The notes: generated from the sequence alone by a model not told the origin. A DNA stretch of 32,000 nt from Candidatus Saccharimonadota bacterium (GCA_963718045.1 OY970350.1:420001-452000); one strand, 5' to 3'. Shown: positions 1-8,376, counted from the stretch's first letter. Numbers and translations are program-made.

Positions 1-402
1 GTTATCCCTGGCAACTTTAGCAATAATACTAGCCGCACTTACGGCCGGCACTAATTCGTCGGCATTAATTATGGTTTTTACATTTGTATAATCCGGCAGG
101 TAATTATAATTGCCATCTAATATAATGACGTCAATTGGGACACGAATAAGTTTGAGAGCCCTTTTAATCGCTAGACTTGTTGCTTTGGTCAGCCCCATTT
201 GGTCAATCTCGTGCGGCCATACCCAGCCCAAACTTGCTGCCTGGGACTCTATATAGATCTGTTTAGATAATTTTTCGCGCTGTTTAGGGGTAAGAAGTTT
301 AGAATCTTTAAGCCCAGGTATATGCTTGCTGAGGCCGACTAAACCGACAACCAGCGGACCAGCTAAAGAGCCGCGGCCAACTTCATCAACGCCAACTTCC
401 AT
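1..402 (-). CDS. rnhB: Ribonuclease HII, 3'-truncated by the window edge (N-terminal 134 aa present)
   Basis: Absent from the ORF track because it runs off the window. The reverse complement from ATG 402..400 reads MEVGVDEVGRGSLAGPLVVGLVGL...LKDSKLLTPKQREKL...SAASIIAKVARDN with no stop down to base 1. The GxDEVGRGxLAGP, DSKxL and ASIxAKVxRD motifs are characteristic of RNase HII. It lies 25 nt downstream of rplS on the same strand. Confidence 0.8.
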   Translation of the reverse strand, partial: MEVGVDEVGRGSLAGPLVVGLVGLSKHIPGLKDSKLLTPKQREKLSKQIYIESQAASLGWVWPHEIDQMGLTKATSLAIKRALKLIRVPIDVIILDGNYNYLPDYTNVKTIINADELVPAVSAASIIAKVARDN

Positions 403-427
403 AAGCTGTATTTTATATCTTTTTAGT

Positions 428-928
428 TTAGTTAGCGTCTTTGGATCCTTTTTCGGGTTTATCTTCTTGCTTAGATTCTTCGGTCGCTGGTTCTTCTATA
501 ACTTCTTCTTTAGTCTCGGCTGGTTTTTCTTTAACTTCAGGCTTAGTTTCTTCGTTAGGCGCGTTAACGGCTTCTTTATCAAAACCAATGCTGGCCAGCC
601 TGGCTGATTTGCCGGTTCTGTTTCTCATATAGCTTAGGTAATTTCGTCTAACTTTGCTTCTCTTAGTTACTTCAACCTTAACGATTAGCGGGCTGTTAAG
701 TAAGAAGCTCTTTTCTACACCAACACCGCTGGCAACTCTTCTTACTGTAATCCGGGATAAGTGGCCGCCTGTTTTAGAAGTCTTAATGACTAGCCCCTGG
801 AAGACCTGGATTCTCTCTTTATTGCCTTCCCTAATTTTTTGATGCACGCGGACATTATCTCCGCTTCTTACGTTAGTTACGGAGTTTTTCTTGTACTGGG
901 CGTTAATTTCTTCTATTAGACTAGCCAT
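428..928 (-). CDS. rplS: 50S ribosomal protein bL19 with a ~50-aa Lys/Glu/Pro-rich C-terminal extension
   Basis: The 166-aa ORF contains GDNVRVHQKIREGNKERIQVFQGLVI...RRVASGVGVEKSFLLNSPLI, matching the bL19 core. The tail EETKPEVKEKPAETKEEVIEEPATEESKQEDKPEKGSKDAN is low complexity. Confidence 0.95.
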   Translation of the reverse strand: MASLIEEINAQYKKNSVTNVRSGDNVRVHQKIREGNKERIQVFQGLVIKTSKTGGHLSRITVRRVASGVGVEKSFLLNSPLIVKVEVTKRSKVRRNYLSYMRNRTGKSARLASIGFDKEAVNAPNEETKPEVKEKPAETKEEVIEEPATEESKQEDKPEKGSKDAN

Positions 929-938
929 AAGTCTTGAG

Positions 939-967
939 ATTGTACCTTATTGCCTCTGATCTGTAAA
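939..967 (-). promoter_or_regulatory. Predicted sigma70-type promoter of rplS-rnhB: -35 TTTACA, 17-nt spacer, -10 TACAAT
   Basis: On the minus strand, TTTACA is at 967..962 and TACAAT at 944..939. The ATG (928) lies 10 nt after the -10, so the predicted leader is only ~3-4 nt. There is no SD within usable distance. Confidence 0.55.
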
Positions 968-978
968 GAGTTGGCTGT

Positions 979-2586
979 CTAGTCAATAACACGGAAGATT
1001 TCACTAAGCGTAGTCAGTCCGGCAATTACCTTAAAAGCAGCGTCTTGGGTCATTGTTATCATACCACTGTCTATGGCTGCTTTTTCTATGTCCTGAGTGG
1101 CAACTATTGTATCTGTTGATTCAAGAATTGCTCTAATTTTATCGGACATCATAAACTGCTCGCGGATAGCAATTTGGCCTTTATATCCGTAGGGGTTATC
1201 TTCTGTAAGAGTTGGCTTATACAGCTTCAGGTTAGATACATCAGGCCGAGTAACACCTTCCGGAAGACTATTGAGTAATCTATTAAGCGAGTTTATTTCT
1301 GCCTCGCTTGGCTGGTACTCTTCTCTTGCATTAGGATCAAGACTTCTAACTAAGCGCTGGGCCATAAGCAGCCTAATGGCTGAAATATATAACGGGTTCT
1401 GATTTATTATGTCAGCTAGTCTGGTAATAGCAGCCGAAGCTGAATTGGCATGGAAGGTGCTTAAGACTAGATGGCCCGTCATGGCAGCTTGCAGGGCAGC
1501 CTTAGCTGTATCATTGTCTCTAATCTCACCCACCATAATGATGTCCGGATCCAGCCTAAGAACAGCCCGCAGCTGGTCAGCAAAGACTGAGTCTCTAGCT
1601 TTTTCTGACGTCCTAATAGATATCTGGGTAATACCTTTGAATTCGTACTCAACAGGGTCTTCAATGGTTATGATCTTTCTCTCGTCATTAGAAAGAGACT
1701 TGAGCATCGAATAAAGGGTTGTTGTTTTACCTGAGCCGGTAGGGCCGACAACCATAACTAGACCGCTGGGTTTAGCAATAATGTCATCAACCACTTTTCG
1801 TTCCCTCTCAGATAAGCCCAAGTTGTCTAGTTTATACATCTCTTCGTCCATGTTAAATAGACGCATAACAACGTCCATGGAGTTTATTGTCTGGACGGTT
1901 TCGAGCCTCACATTGACATCGACTTGACTGCCATTGGCCATCGTTACCTTTTGGGATATATGGCCCTGCTGGGCTTCTCTGGCTGACGTTGATATATCGC
2001 CGGCACTGGCAATGGCTGCTAAAAGAACCCGGTATTTGTCGTAGGAAAGATTGGCAACCTGGTGAAGTACGCCGTCAATACGAAAACGTATTCTTACCGC
2101 TCCAACCTCGGATTCAATGTGTATATCCGAAGCACCTAAGCGGTGAGCCTGCTGAACTAGATAGGCTAATGTGTCGTTGGCGTTAACCTGGTTTAAAACC
2201 TGGCTTACTTGCCCGACCTTATCAGGCGAGCTGGTATTTTTTAGTTCAATTTCCTGGTATTTAACTTCCGGCGGCGGGTCGTATAGATCAACATACTCCC
2301 GGAATCCAGTATCGGATATAAGGGCGACAGCAACTAGGTAGTCGGAGTAGGCTGATTTTAGCCAGTTCAATGTTTGCTGAGAAGTAGTTGTCGTAATACC
2401 GAAGAGAATATTGCCTTTATCTGTGTGAATGGGCACAATTTTCAGGGATTTTATCTGATTAACAGGAACTAAGTCTTTATATAGGACTTTATTTTCCATC
2501 TTAGACGTGTCAACATAATCAAGACCGAGAACTCTGGCTCGTCTTTCGGTCGATTGCTCTTCATCTAAGCGGGCGTTCTGACTCAT
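979..2586 (-). CDS. pilB: GspE/PilB-family secretion ATPase (type IV pilus assembly ATPase-like)
   Basis: 535 aa with Walker A GPTGSGKTTTLYS, a Walker B/Asp box (IITIEDPVEY) and a His box (TGHLVLSTFHAN). The N-terminal region resembles the T2SS-E N domain (RARVLGLDYVD). Confidence 0.9.
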   Translation of the reverse strand: MSQNARLDEEQSTERRARVLGLDYVDTSKMENKVLYKDLVPVNQIKSLKIVPIHTDKGNILFGITTTTSQQTLNWLKSAYSDYLVAVALISDTGFREYVDLYDPPPEVKYQEIELKNTSSPDKVGQVSQVLNQVNANDTLAYLVQQAHRLGASDIHIESEVGAVRIRFRIDGVLHQVANLSYDKYRVLLAAIASAGDISTSAREAQQGHISQKVTMANGSQVDVNVRLETVQTINSMDVVMRLFNMDEEMYKLDNLGLSERERKVVDDIIAKPSGLVMVVGPTGSGKTTTLYSMLKSLSNDERKIITIEDPVEYEFKGITQISIRTSEKARDSVFADQLRAVLRLDPDIIMVGEIRDNDTAKAALQAAMTGHLVLSTFHANSASAAITRLADIINQNPLYISAIRLLMAQRLVRSLDPNAREEYQPSEAEINSLNRLLNSLPEGVTRPDVSNLKLYKPTLTEDNPYGYKGQIAIREQFMMSDKIRAILESTDTIVATQDIEKAAIDSGMITMTQDAAFKVIAGLTTLSEIFRVID

Positions 2587-2600
2587 CCCATATATTATAA

Positions 2601-3128
2601 ATGCTTATGGCTAGAAGTTTAAATAATCTAAAGCAATTAATACTTATTGCTCATAACGTTAGGAGTACACATAACGTCGGCTCCTTATTTAGAACTGCCG
2701 AAGGACTAGGTGTTAATGAGTTAATCTTATCTGGATATACGCCTTACCCAAAAGAGAAGAATGATGTCAGGCTGCCTTATATGGTCGATAAACTTGAAGG
2801 GCAAATTAACAAGACGGCTCTTGGTGCCCAATTTAGTCTTAAGTGGCGGCAAGCTGAAGATATAGCTGGTGTGATAGCTGCTTTTAAGAAGCAGAGCTTT
2901 AAAGTTATTGCCTTAGAACAAGATAAGAAGAGCCGTGTTATTACAAATTTAGATTACGGGGATAAGATAGCTTTAATTGTCGGCAATGAATTAACTGGTT
3001 TAGCTCCTGACGTTCTAGGACTCTGTGACCAGATAATAGAAATACCAATGTTTGGCCGCAAGGAATCGTATAATGTTGTCCAAGCCGCTGCTATGGCTCT
3101 TTTTTACCTTCGCTTAACGAGTTTTTAG
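2601..3128 (+). CDS. SpoU/TrmH-family RNA 2'-O-methyltransferase
   Basis: 175 aa carrying the three SPOUT motifs: HNVGSLFRTAEGLG, LIVGNELTGL and IEIPMFGRKESYNVVQAAAMAL. The substrate (tRNA or rRNA) cannot be determined from sequence. Confidence 0.8.
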   Translation: MLMARSLNNLKQLILIAHNVRSTHNVGSLFRTAEGLGVNELILSGYTPYPKEKNDVRLPYMVDKLEGQINKTALGAQFSLKWRQAEDIAGVIAAFKKQSFKVIALEQDKKSRVITNLDYGDKIALIVGNELTGLAPDVLGLCDQIIEIPMFGRKESYNVVQAAAMALFYLRLTSF

Positions 3129-3266
3129 CAGACTTTTTGGATACGAATCACCGAATATATGACTGACTAATATTATTCCGGCAAATAGGGCGAGGCCCAA
3201 AATGGCCGTCTCGGCTAATGATCTATGCTTCTCGTGCTTATCTGACTTTTCGTTAGATCTATTCAT
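3114..3266 (-). CDS. Possible small (50 aa) single-pass membrane protein
   Basis: Below the ORF-track size cut-off. ATG 3266..3264 gives MNRSNEKSDKHEKHRSLAETAILGLALFAGIILVSHIFGDSYPKSLLKTR, a charged N-terminus followed by one clear hydrophobic helix. It starts 7 nt after the stop of the 94-aa ORF, and its 3' end overlaps the trmH-like stop region by 15 nt. No SD is visible. Confidence 0.3.
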   Translation of the reverse strand: MNRSNEKSDKHEKHRSLAETAILGLALFAGIILVSHIFGDSYPKSLLKTR

Positions 3267-3273
3267 TTAACTT

Positions 3274-3558
3274 TTAGTCATTGGCCGATATATGTTCTTC
3301 AAAATCGCAGCGGCCACATTCATAACAGCCATCGGGGTGAGAAACCATTTCACAAGCTTCGGGCTTATGGCTAAAACCATCAGCTACGCCGGCTAAACTA
3401 TCTATATACGCTTCCCCCCGCACTATATAATCCTCATCGCCAACTTCTGGAACTAACTCAAGGTCAGTAAACCAGCGTGCTGCTGTACCAATCCCAATCC
3501 TAAGCTGACGACAATCTTCTAAAGGTTTTAGTTCAGGACTTATTGCTTCAACTGTCAT
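3274..3558 (-). CDS. Hypothetical acidic 94-aa protein with a C-terminal Cys/His cluster (C-x4-H-x3-C-x2-C-x2-C-x4-H)
   Basis: The ORF has a well-formed promoter directly upstream (see 3565..3593). The C-terminus is HKPEACEMVSHPDGCYECGRCDFEEH. I recognise no family. Confidence 0.55.
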   Translation of the reverse strand: MTVEAISPELKPLEDCRQLRIGIGTAARWFTDLELVPEVGDEDYIVRGEAYIDSLAGVADGFSHKPEACEMVSHPDGCYECGRCDFEEHISAND

Positions 3559-3564
3559 GTCAGT

Positions 3565-3593
3565 ATTATTGTACTCTGCAGCATTTCTGGCAA
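3565..3593 (-). promoter_or_regulatory. Predicted promoter with leaderless geometry for the 94-aa ORF: -35 TTGCCA, 17 nt, -10 AATAAT, 6 nt, ATG
   Basis: The minus strand reads TTGCCA (3593..3588), then gaaatgctgcagagtac, then AATAAT (3570..3565), then actgac, then ATG (3558). The canonical +1 position coincides with the A of the start codon. Confidence 0.55.
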
Positions 3594-3705
3594 ATATATC
3601 TAGAGTGAGGCTCTATGGTGATCGTTATGCCTACCAGCCTTTAAAACGCTGATGCTTTATTTATTACTGTCAAAGTGTTAATGTATAGGAAATTATTAAA
3701 TACAA

Positions 3706-4116
3706 ATGACCTTAATAAAAAACAAAGCTAGAATCACCGTAAATCAACGGAAGATGAGTGCCCTTCATCACCGTCAAAATAGTAAATATATAAGGCCTTA
3801 CTTGCCCTATCTGCCGCTGTTTTTAATAATGGGCGGTTCATTAACTGCCGGTCAGTACTTGCCGCATAGTTCGTTTAACTCTACCTCAAATCCCAGTTAT
3901 AGCAGCCGCGTTCAAACTGTATTTGGCAGTAATAGCGCCCTGTTAATCGACCTTGCCTACCTAATACTGGCTGTTCTTGTCATCTGGTTTATTATTAGAC
4001 ACTATAAACGGATAAAAAGTATCATTATTAGAGAAGAAAAACTTTTAGCGAAGCATTACTTCTTTGATGCACTGCTAGCTATCATGATTGGCTGTATGTG
4101 CCTTTTAATAACTTAG
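3706..4116 (+). CDS. Hypothetical membrane protein (about 3 predicted TM helices) with a basic His/Arg-rich N-terminus and a PYLPYLP motif
   Basis: 136 aa. The N-terminus RKMSALHHRQNSKYIRPYLPYLPLFLIMGG is followed by the hydrophobic segments LIDLAYLILAVLVIWFII and ALLAIMIGCMCLLI. Its stop (TAG 4114..4116) overlaps the dnaE stop on the opposite strand. Confidence 0.6.
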   Translation: MTLIKNKARITVNQRKMSALHHRQNSKYIRPYLPYLPLFLIMGGSLTAGQYLPHSSFNSTSNPSYSSRVQTVFGSNSALLIDLAYLILAVLVIWFIIRHYKRIKSIIIREEKLLAKHYFFDALLAIMIGCMCLLIT

Positions 4117-7100
4117 CTTAAAACTAAATTTTCTGGGCCGACCAGTTCAGACAACCGGCCGAATGCTTCCGCGTTTAAATGGTCAAAGCCAATTGGCAGT
4201 CTTACAGCCTGATGATTCTTAGGATCACCTAAGACTAAAATAACTTTTGTGTCTCCGCTGGACTCATCGATTACGGCTTTAAGTGAAGACAAGAGTTTAT
4301 CGTCTGAAGTGTCTTTTAGGTTAATAAAGAGTTTCGCTGGCGGGAGACTGGGCTTATCTGCAGGCGGCAGATCAGCTGAAGAGTTGACTATTTCTTCCAG
4401 GCTTTCAAGTATTAAACCCTTGCTGTCTCCAGCCGACCTAGAACTAACGGTTGCTTTGAATTTATATACTTTATCTCGGGTTAGCATTTCCCTATATCTA
4501 TCATAAAGACTGGGGAAGACGACCATCTCTGCTTCACCACTTAAATCTTCAATTTTAAGGAAGGCCATTTTCTGGTTCCTTTTGGTGTTTATTTCTTTCA
4601 CTTCAGCAATAATGCCGCCAGCGGTTACCGGTGTCTCATTAGCCAGCTTATTTAAACTAGATAACGGTGTACAGTTATTTTCCAGGTAGTCTGCCAGATC
4701 ATTCAGCGGATGCTGGCTTAAATAAAGGCCGAGAAGTTCCCTCTCCCAGGTTAGATATTCATGCTTATTGGGACCTTGGTCCGATTTTTCTAGCTCAATT
4801 TTACTCGTTACAAGGTTAGAGTCAGCTGACTTTTCTTCAGAAAATAGGGTTAACTGGTTAGAAACAAGCTGCTTTTGGAACTTTGAAGCGTAAGCGACCA
4901 TCAGTTCAATGTTATTAAGCAGTGTTTCGCGGTCATAAAACTTGTCAAAAGCACCAGTTTTAATAAGACTTTCTAGAGATTTCTTGTTGGCAATTTTAGC
5001 GTTAACTCTGGTTAAATAGTCTTCAATTGAAGTAAATGGCTTATCTCCCCTGGCCCTGACTATTTCTTCAGCAGTGGAGGAACCAACATTCTTAATGGCT
5101 TTAAAGCCAAATCTAATTTGGTTTTGACCGGGGACTATACCAAACTCGACAAATGACTCGTTAATATCCGGCGATAAGACATCAATGCCGCTGTGACGGC
5201 AGTCATTAATAAAAGTAGCCAGACGGTCAATATTGTCATAATCAGTGGTCATAACAGCAGCCATAAAGGCATCCCTATAGTTCGCTTTAAGATAGGCTGT
5301 CCAGTAAGCTATTTGGGCGTAGCAGGCGGCGTGGGCTTTAGGGAAGGAATAATCAGCAAAAGGCTGAATTTGTGACCATAGCTCTTTCGCTTGGGTTTTA
5401 TTTAAGCCTTGTTTTAAAGAGCCAGCCATAAACTTGGGCTCTTCGGCCTGCATTATGTCACGCTTCTTCTTACCAATGGCTTTTCTAACTAAATCAGCTT
5501 CACCGGCAGAGTAGCCGGCGACTCTTTGCAGAATCTGGATAATCTGTTCCTGGTAAACCATGACGCCATACGTGTCTTTAAGGATGGGCTCCAGTGACTG
5601 GTGCAGATAAGTAATGCTTTTTGGACTATTTTTGCCCTTAATAAATCTGGGGATTTCACTCATTGGTCCCGGCCGGTATAAAGCGTTAATGGCTATAATA
5701 TCGGTAAATATTGTCGGCTGAAGCTCTCTTAAGTAGCGTTGCATGCCGGCTGATTCTAGCTGAAATACGCCAACCGTATCGCCATTCCTAAGCAGTTCGA
5801 ATGTCTTCGGGTCATCATTTGTTAACTCGTCAATGTTTATGGACTGTTTATATACTTTTCTAATAATTCTTTGGGCATTTCTAATGGTAGTTAGGTTAGA
5901 AAGTCCAAGAAAGTCTATTTTAAGAAGGCCAAGCTCATCTATTGGACCCATAGAGTACTGGGTAGCAACAACGCCTTTTTGGGCCATTTCAAGCGGTGTA
6001 TGGTTAACAATGTCATCAGGGGCAATAACAACACCGGCGGCATGGACACCATGGCTTCTAATAGTACCCTCAAGCTGCATGGCTAGATCAAAGACTTTTT
6101 TAGCAACCTCATTTGTCTTATATTCGCGGGACAGGGCCAGATCATCTTTTAGGGACTTAGAAAGGCCAATATGACGGCCCTGAATAGGTGGGGGTAGCAT
6201 TTTAGCTAATCGGTCTGCTTCAGAGTACGGCACTTCTAGTACCCTAGAAACATCACGAACAGCATTCCTGGCCGCCATTCGGCCAAAGGTTGCAATATTA
6301 GCGACTTTATCCCGGCCGTATTTTATGACGCAGTAGTTAATAACTTCATCCCGCCGAGTGTCCTGGATATCGATGTCTATATCTGGCATAGAGACTCTTG
6401 AAGGGTTTAAAAATCTCTCAAACATTAAGTCGTACTGGATTGGATCAATTTCAGTAATTCTAAGAGCGTATGAGACTATTGAGCCGGCAGCCGAACCCCT
6501 GCCTGGTCCGAATATTATTTTGTGGTCTTTACCCCAGTTAATAAAGTCCTGGACTATTAGGAAGTAGCCGCTAAAGCCCATAGAACTAATAACCGAAAGC
6601 TCGTAGTCTGCTCTATTTAAATAATCTAGAGGGATCTTCTTCTTTGCTTCTTCTTTCGTTAAACCGCGGGCTTCATCTCTTGTTGCCCCGCCATATCGCC
6701 AGCTCAAGCCTTTATATACCAAAAGGGTTAGGAAAGTGTCATCATTTTGTCCGCTGGGCAAAGGAAACTTTGGAATCAGGTATTTGCCCAGTTCAATTTC
6801 AACTTTGCAGCGCTCGCTTACTTTCTTAGTGTTAGTTATTGCCTCCGGGTGATCTTTGCCCCATCTTGTTATTATCTCTTTTGGATCAGTTACATGGAGT
6901 TCAAAGTCTTTAAGGCTTAGTCTGTTCTTATCGGATAAAAATGAGTTGGTTTGAATGCAAAGCAGGATCTCATGAGCAGTCTTATCTGAATGTTTTAAAT
7001 AGTGGCAGTCAGCTGTTATGACCGTTGGCAAATCATACTTTTTCGCCAGTTTAAATATTTCGTTATTGATATTTTCCTGGGTTTCGTTGTGTGTTGGATG

Positions 7101-7667
7101 TTCCGGATGGCCATGGTCTTGGATTTCCAGATAATACCTGTCTTTAAATATATCTTTATACCATTTAATAACCTTTTCAGCGTCACGAGACAAACCTTGG
7201 CTTAAGGCCGTGCCAAGCTCGCCGCCCATACAGCCGCTCAAGACTATAAGTCCCTTGTTATATTTAGCCAGGGTATCGTGATCGATTCGGGGTTTATAGT
7301 AATAGCCGTCCAGGTTAGCGATTGATGAAAGCCTCATTAAGTTCTTATAGCCCTCATTATTCATAGCTATAAGGATGAGGTGGTAGTTTTCCTTATCGAC
7401 CTGACTATCTTTATCTTTAAGGCCCCTGGCTGCGACATATGTTTCAATGCCGAGTAGTGGCTTTATGTCTTTTTGATTGGCTTCTTTATAAAACTCAATA
7501 AGACCGCTTAAGGTACCGTGATCAGTGATAGCTACACTGGTCATACCGAACTTTTTAACCGTTTCTATAAGATCAGGAATTTTGGTTAGCCCGTCAAGCA
7601 AACTGTACTGCGTATGGTTATGCAGGTGGACAAAATCACTGACGTCAAGTGTTTTTCTTTGAGCCAA
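4113..7667 (-). CDS. dnaE: DNA polymerase III alpha subunit
   Basis: 1184 aa with an N-terminal PHP domain (FVHLHNHTQYSLLDG), a polymerase core (GPGRGSAAGS, PDIDIDI, HAAGVVI) and an OB-fold/C-terminal region. The TTG start is preceded by GGAGGG with a 4-5 nt spacing. Confidence 0.97.
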   Translation of the reverse strand: MAQRKTLDVSDFVHLHNHTQYSLLDGLTKIPDLIETVKKFGMTSVAITDHGTLSGLIEFYKEANQKDIKPLLGIETYVAARGLKDKDSQVDKENYHLILIAMNNEGYKNLMRLSSIANLDGYYYKPRIDHDTLAKYNKGLIVLSGCMGGELGTALSQGLSRDAEKVIKWYKDIFKDRYYLEIQDHGHPEHPTHNETQENINNEIFKLAKKYDLPTVITADCHYLKHSDKTAHEILLCIQTNSFLSDKNRLSLKDFELHVTDPKEIITRWGKDHPEAITNTKKVSERCKVEIELGKYLIPKFPLPSGQNDDTFLTLLVYKGLSWRYGGATRDEARGLTKEEAKKKIPLDYLNRADYELSVISSMGFSGYFLIVQDFINWGKDHKIIFGPGRGSAAGSIVSYALRITEIDPIQYDLMFERFLNPSRVSMPDIDIDIQDTRRDEVINYCVIKYGRDKVANIATFGRMAARNAVRDVSRVLEVPYSEADRLAKMLPPPIQGRHIGLSKSLKDDLALSREYKTNEVAKKVFDLAMQLEGTIRSHGVHAAGVVIAPDDIVNHTPLEMAQKGVVATQYSMGPIDELGLLKIDFLGLSNLTTIRNAQRIIRKVYKQSINIDELTNDDPKTFELLRNGDTVGVFQLESAGMQRYLRELQPTIFTDIIAINALYRPGPMSEIPRFIKGKNSPKSITYLHQSLEPILKDTYGVMVYQEQIIQILQRVAGYSAGEADLVRKAIGKKKRDIMQAEEPKFMAGSLKQGLNKTQAKELWSQIQPFADYSFPKAHAACYAQIAYWTAYLKANYRDAFMAAVMTTDYDNIDRLATFINDCRHSGIDVLSPDINESFVEFGIVPGQNQIRFGFKAIKNVGSSTAEEIVRARGDKPFTSIEDYLTRVNAKIANKKSLESLIKTGAFDKFYDRETLLNNIELMVAYASKFQKQLVSNQLTLFSEEKSADSNLVTSKIELEKSDQGPNKHEYLTWERELLGLYLSQHPLNDLADYLENNCTPLSSLNKLANETPVTAGGIIAEVKEINTKRNQKMAFLKIEDLSGEAEMVVFPSLYDRYREMLTRDKVYKFKATVSSRSAGDSKGLILESLEEIVNSSADLPPADKPSLPPAKLFINLKDTSDDKLLSSLKAVIDESSGDTKVILVLGDPKNHQAVRLPIGFDHLNAEAFGRLSELVGPENLVLS

Positions 7668-7671
7668 TCAA

Positions 7672-7713
7672 CCCTCCAAAAGTATTTCTATGAGGCTATT
7701 TGCTCTAATTATA
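7672..7713 (-). promoter_or_regulatory. dnaE 5' region: -10 TATAAT (7713..7708) and Shine-Dalgarno GGAGGG (7677..7672)
   Basis: The minus strand reads ...aaaattaTATAATtagagcaaatagcctcatagaaatactttTGGAGGGttgaTTG. It has a classical ~35-nt leader with a strong SD, in contrast to the leaderless candidates elsewhere in the window. Confidence 0.55.
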
Positions 7714-7725
7714 TAATTTTACGGA

Positions 7726-8109
7726 CTACTTGGATAGGTACTGTTTAAGAGATTTTAAGGCATCTTTAGCTTCTTTTATGGCCGTGTCCAGGTCGGTGTC
7801 AATCTCGTCATGTCCATGAATAGCCGACAGCAGGTCTTTGACCTTAAGTTGGGAAGATACGGCCTGCTCTTTCAGCTTCTTAAGATTCTCAGTTAGCTTT
7901 GGTTCATCACTAGCTAATTTAGCTAAGGCTTTCTTAGTTTGGCTGTACAAGTCTTTAAGTTCTTTTTCAATATCGGACACCGGGTCTTTACTATTCTTTA
8001 TCTTTGATCTGGTCCGCTTGCCGCTTCTAGGTGCTGTTAATAAGCCGAGAGCGTAGCCTAGCGCCACTAAACTTAAGCTGCGGCCAGGTATTTTGTGGTC
8101 TTTAGCCAT
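7726..8109 (-). CDS. YtxH-domain (general stress-like) protein
   Basis: 127 aa. The N-terminal LVALGYALGLLTAPRSGKRTR matches the YtxH signature (GxxxGLLxAPxSGxxTR). The remainder is a Lys/Glu-rich helical region. Confidence 0.75.
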   Translation of the reverse strand: MAKDHKIPGRSLSLVALGYALGLLTAPRSGKRTRSKIKNSKDPVSDIEKELKDLYSQTKKALAKLASDEPKLTENLKKLKEQAVSSQLKVKDLLSAIHGHDEIDTDLDTAIKEAKDALKSLKQYLSK

Positions 8110-8367
8110 CTACTTATCTTGTTTAGAGTTAAACAGTTCAGAGATTAGGCTGATAAGCGGGAAACGGCTATGGGCGGTGCTGGTCATGTGTTTTATATTC
8201 TCAGCAGCTGATTCGACACTATTCATTACCTCTTCGGTCCTGACTACCAGTTTTCTTATTTTGCCAACCACAGTCATGACTTCAATAACGAAGGCTATTA
8301 GGACAATAAAGAGAACGCAAAGAATAATGGTGATAATTAGAAGTTCGACGCTATTAGCCGTTGACAT
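8110..8367 (-). CDS. Small membrane-anchored protein, DUF948-like architecture
   Basis: 85 aa with an N-terminal TM helix (LLIITIILCVLFIVLIAFVI) followed by a helical region. Its stop codon abuts the ytxH-like ATG (TAG-ATG). DUF948/YtxH pairing is a recollection from Firmicutes annotation and has not been verified. Confidence 0.6.
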   Translation of the reverse strand: MSTANSVELLIITIILCVLFIVLIAFVIEVMTVVGKIRKLVVRTEEVMNSVESAAENIKHMTSTAHSRFPLISLISELFNSKQDK

Positions 8368-8376
8368 ACCTTAATA

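Noticed and set aside
326-842. Plus-strand ORFs of 93, 63 and 62 aa overlapping rnhB/rplS
   Set aside because: They are antisense shadow ORFs inside confidently identified minus-strand genes. Their translations are low complexity (F/L/S-rich) with no motifs.
3559-3705. tRNA or small structured RNA in the larger intergenic regions (3559..3705, 23375..23531, 24711..24844, 26584..26705)
   Set aside because: No cloverleaf-compatible stems or conserved T-loop (GTTCRANYC) were seen. These regions are fully accounted for by divergent promoters, leaders and the inverted repeat.
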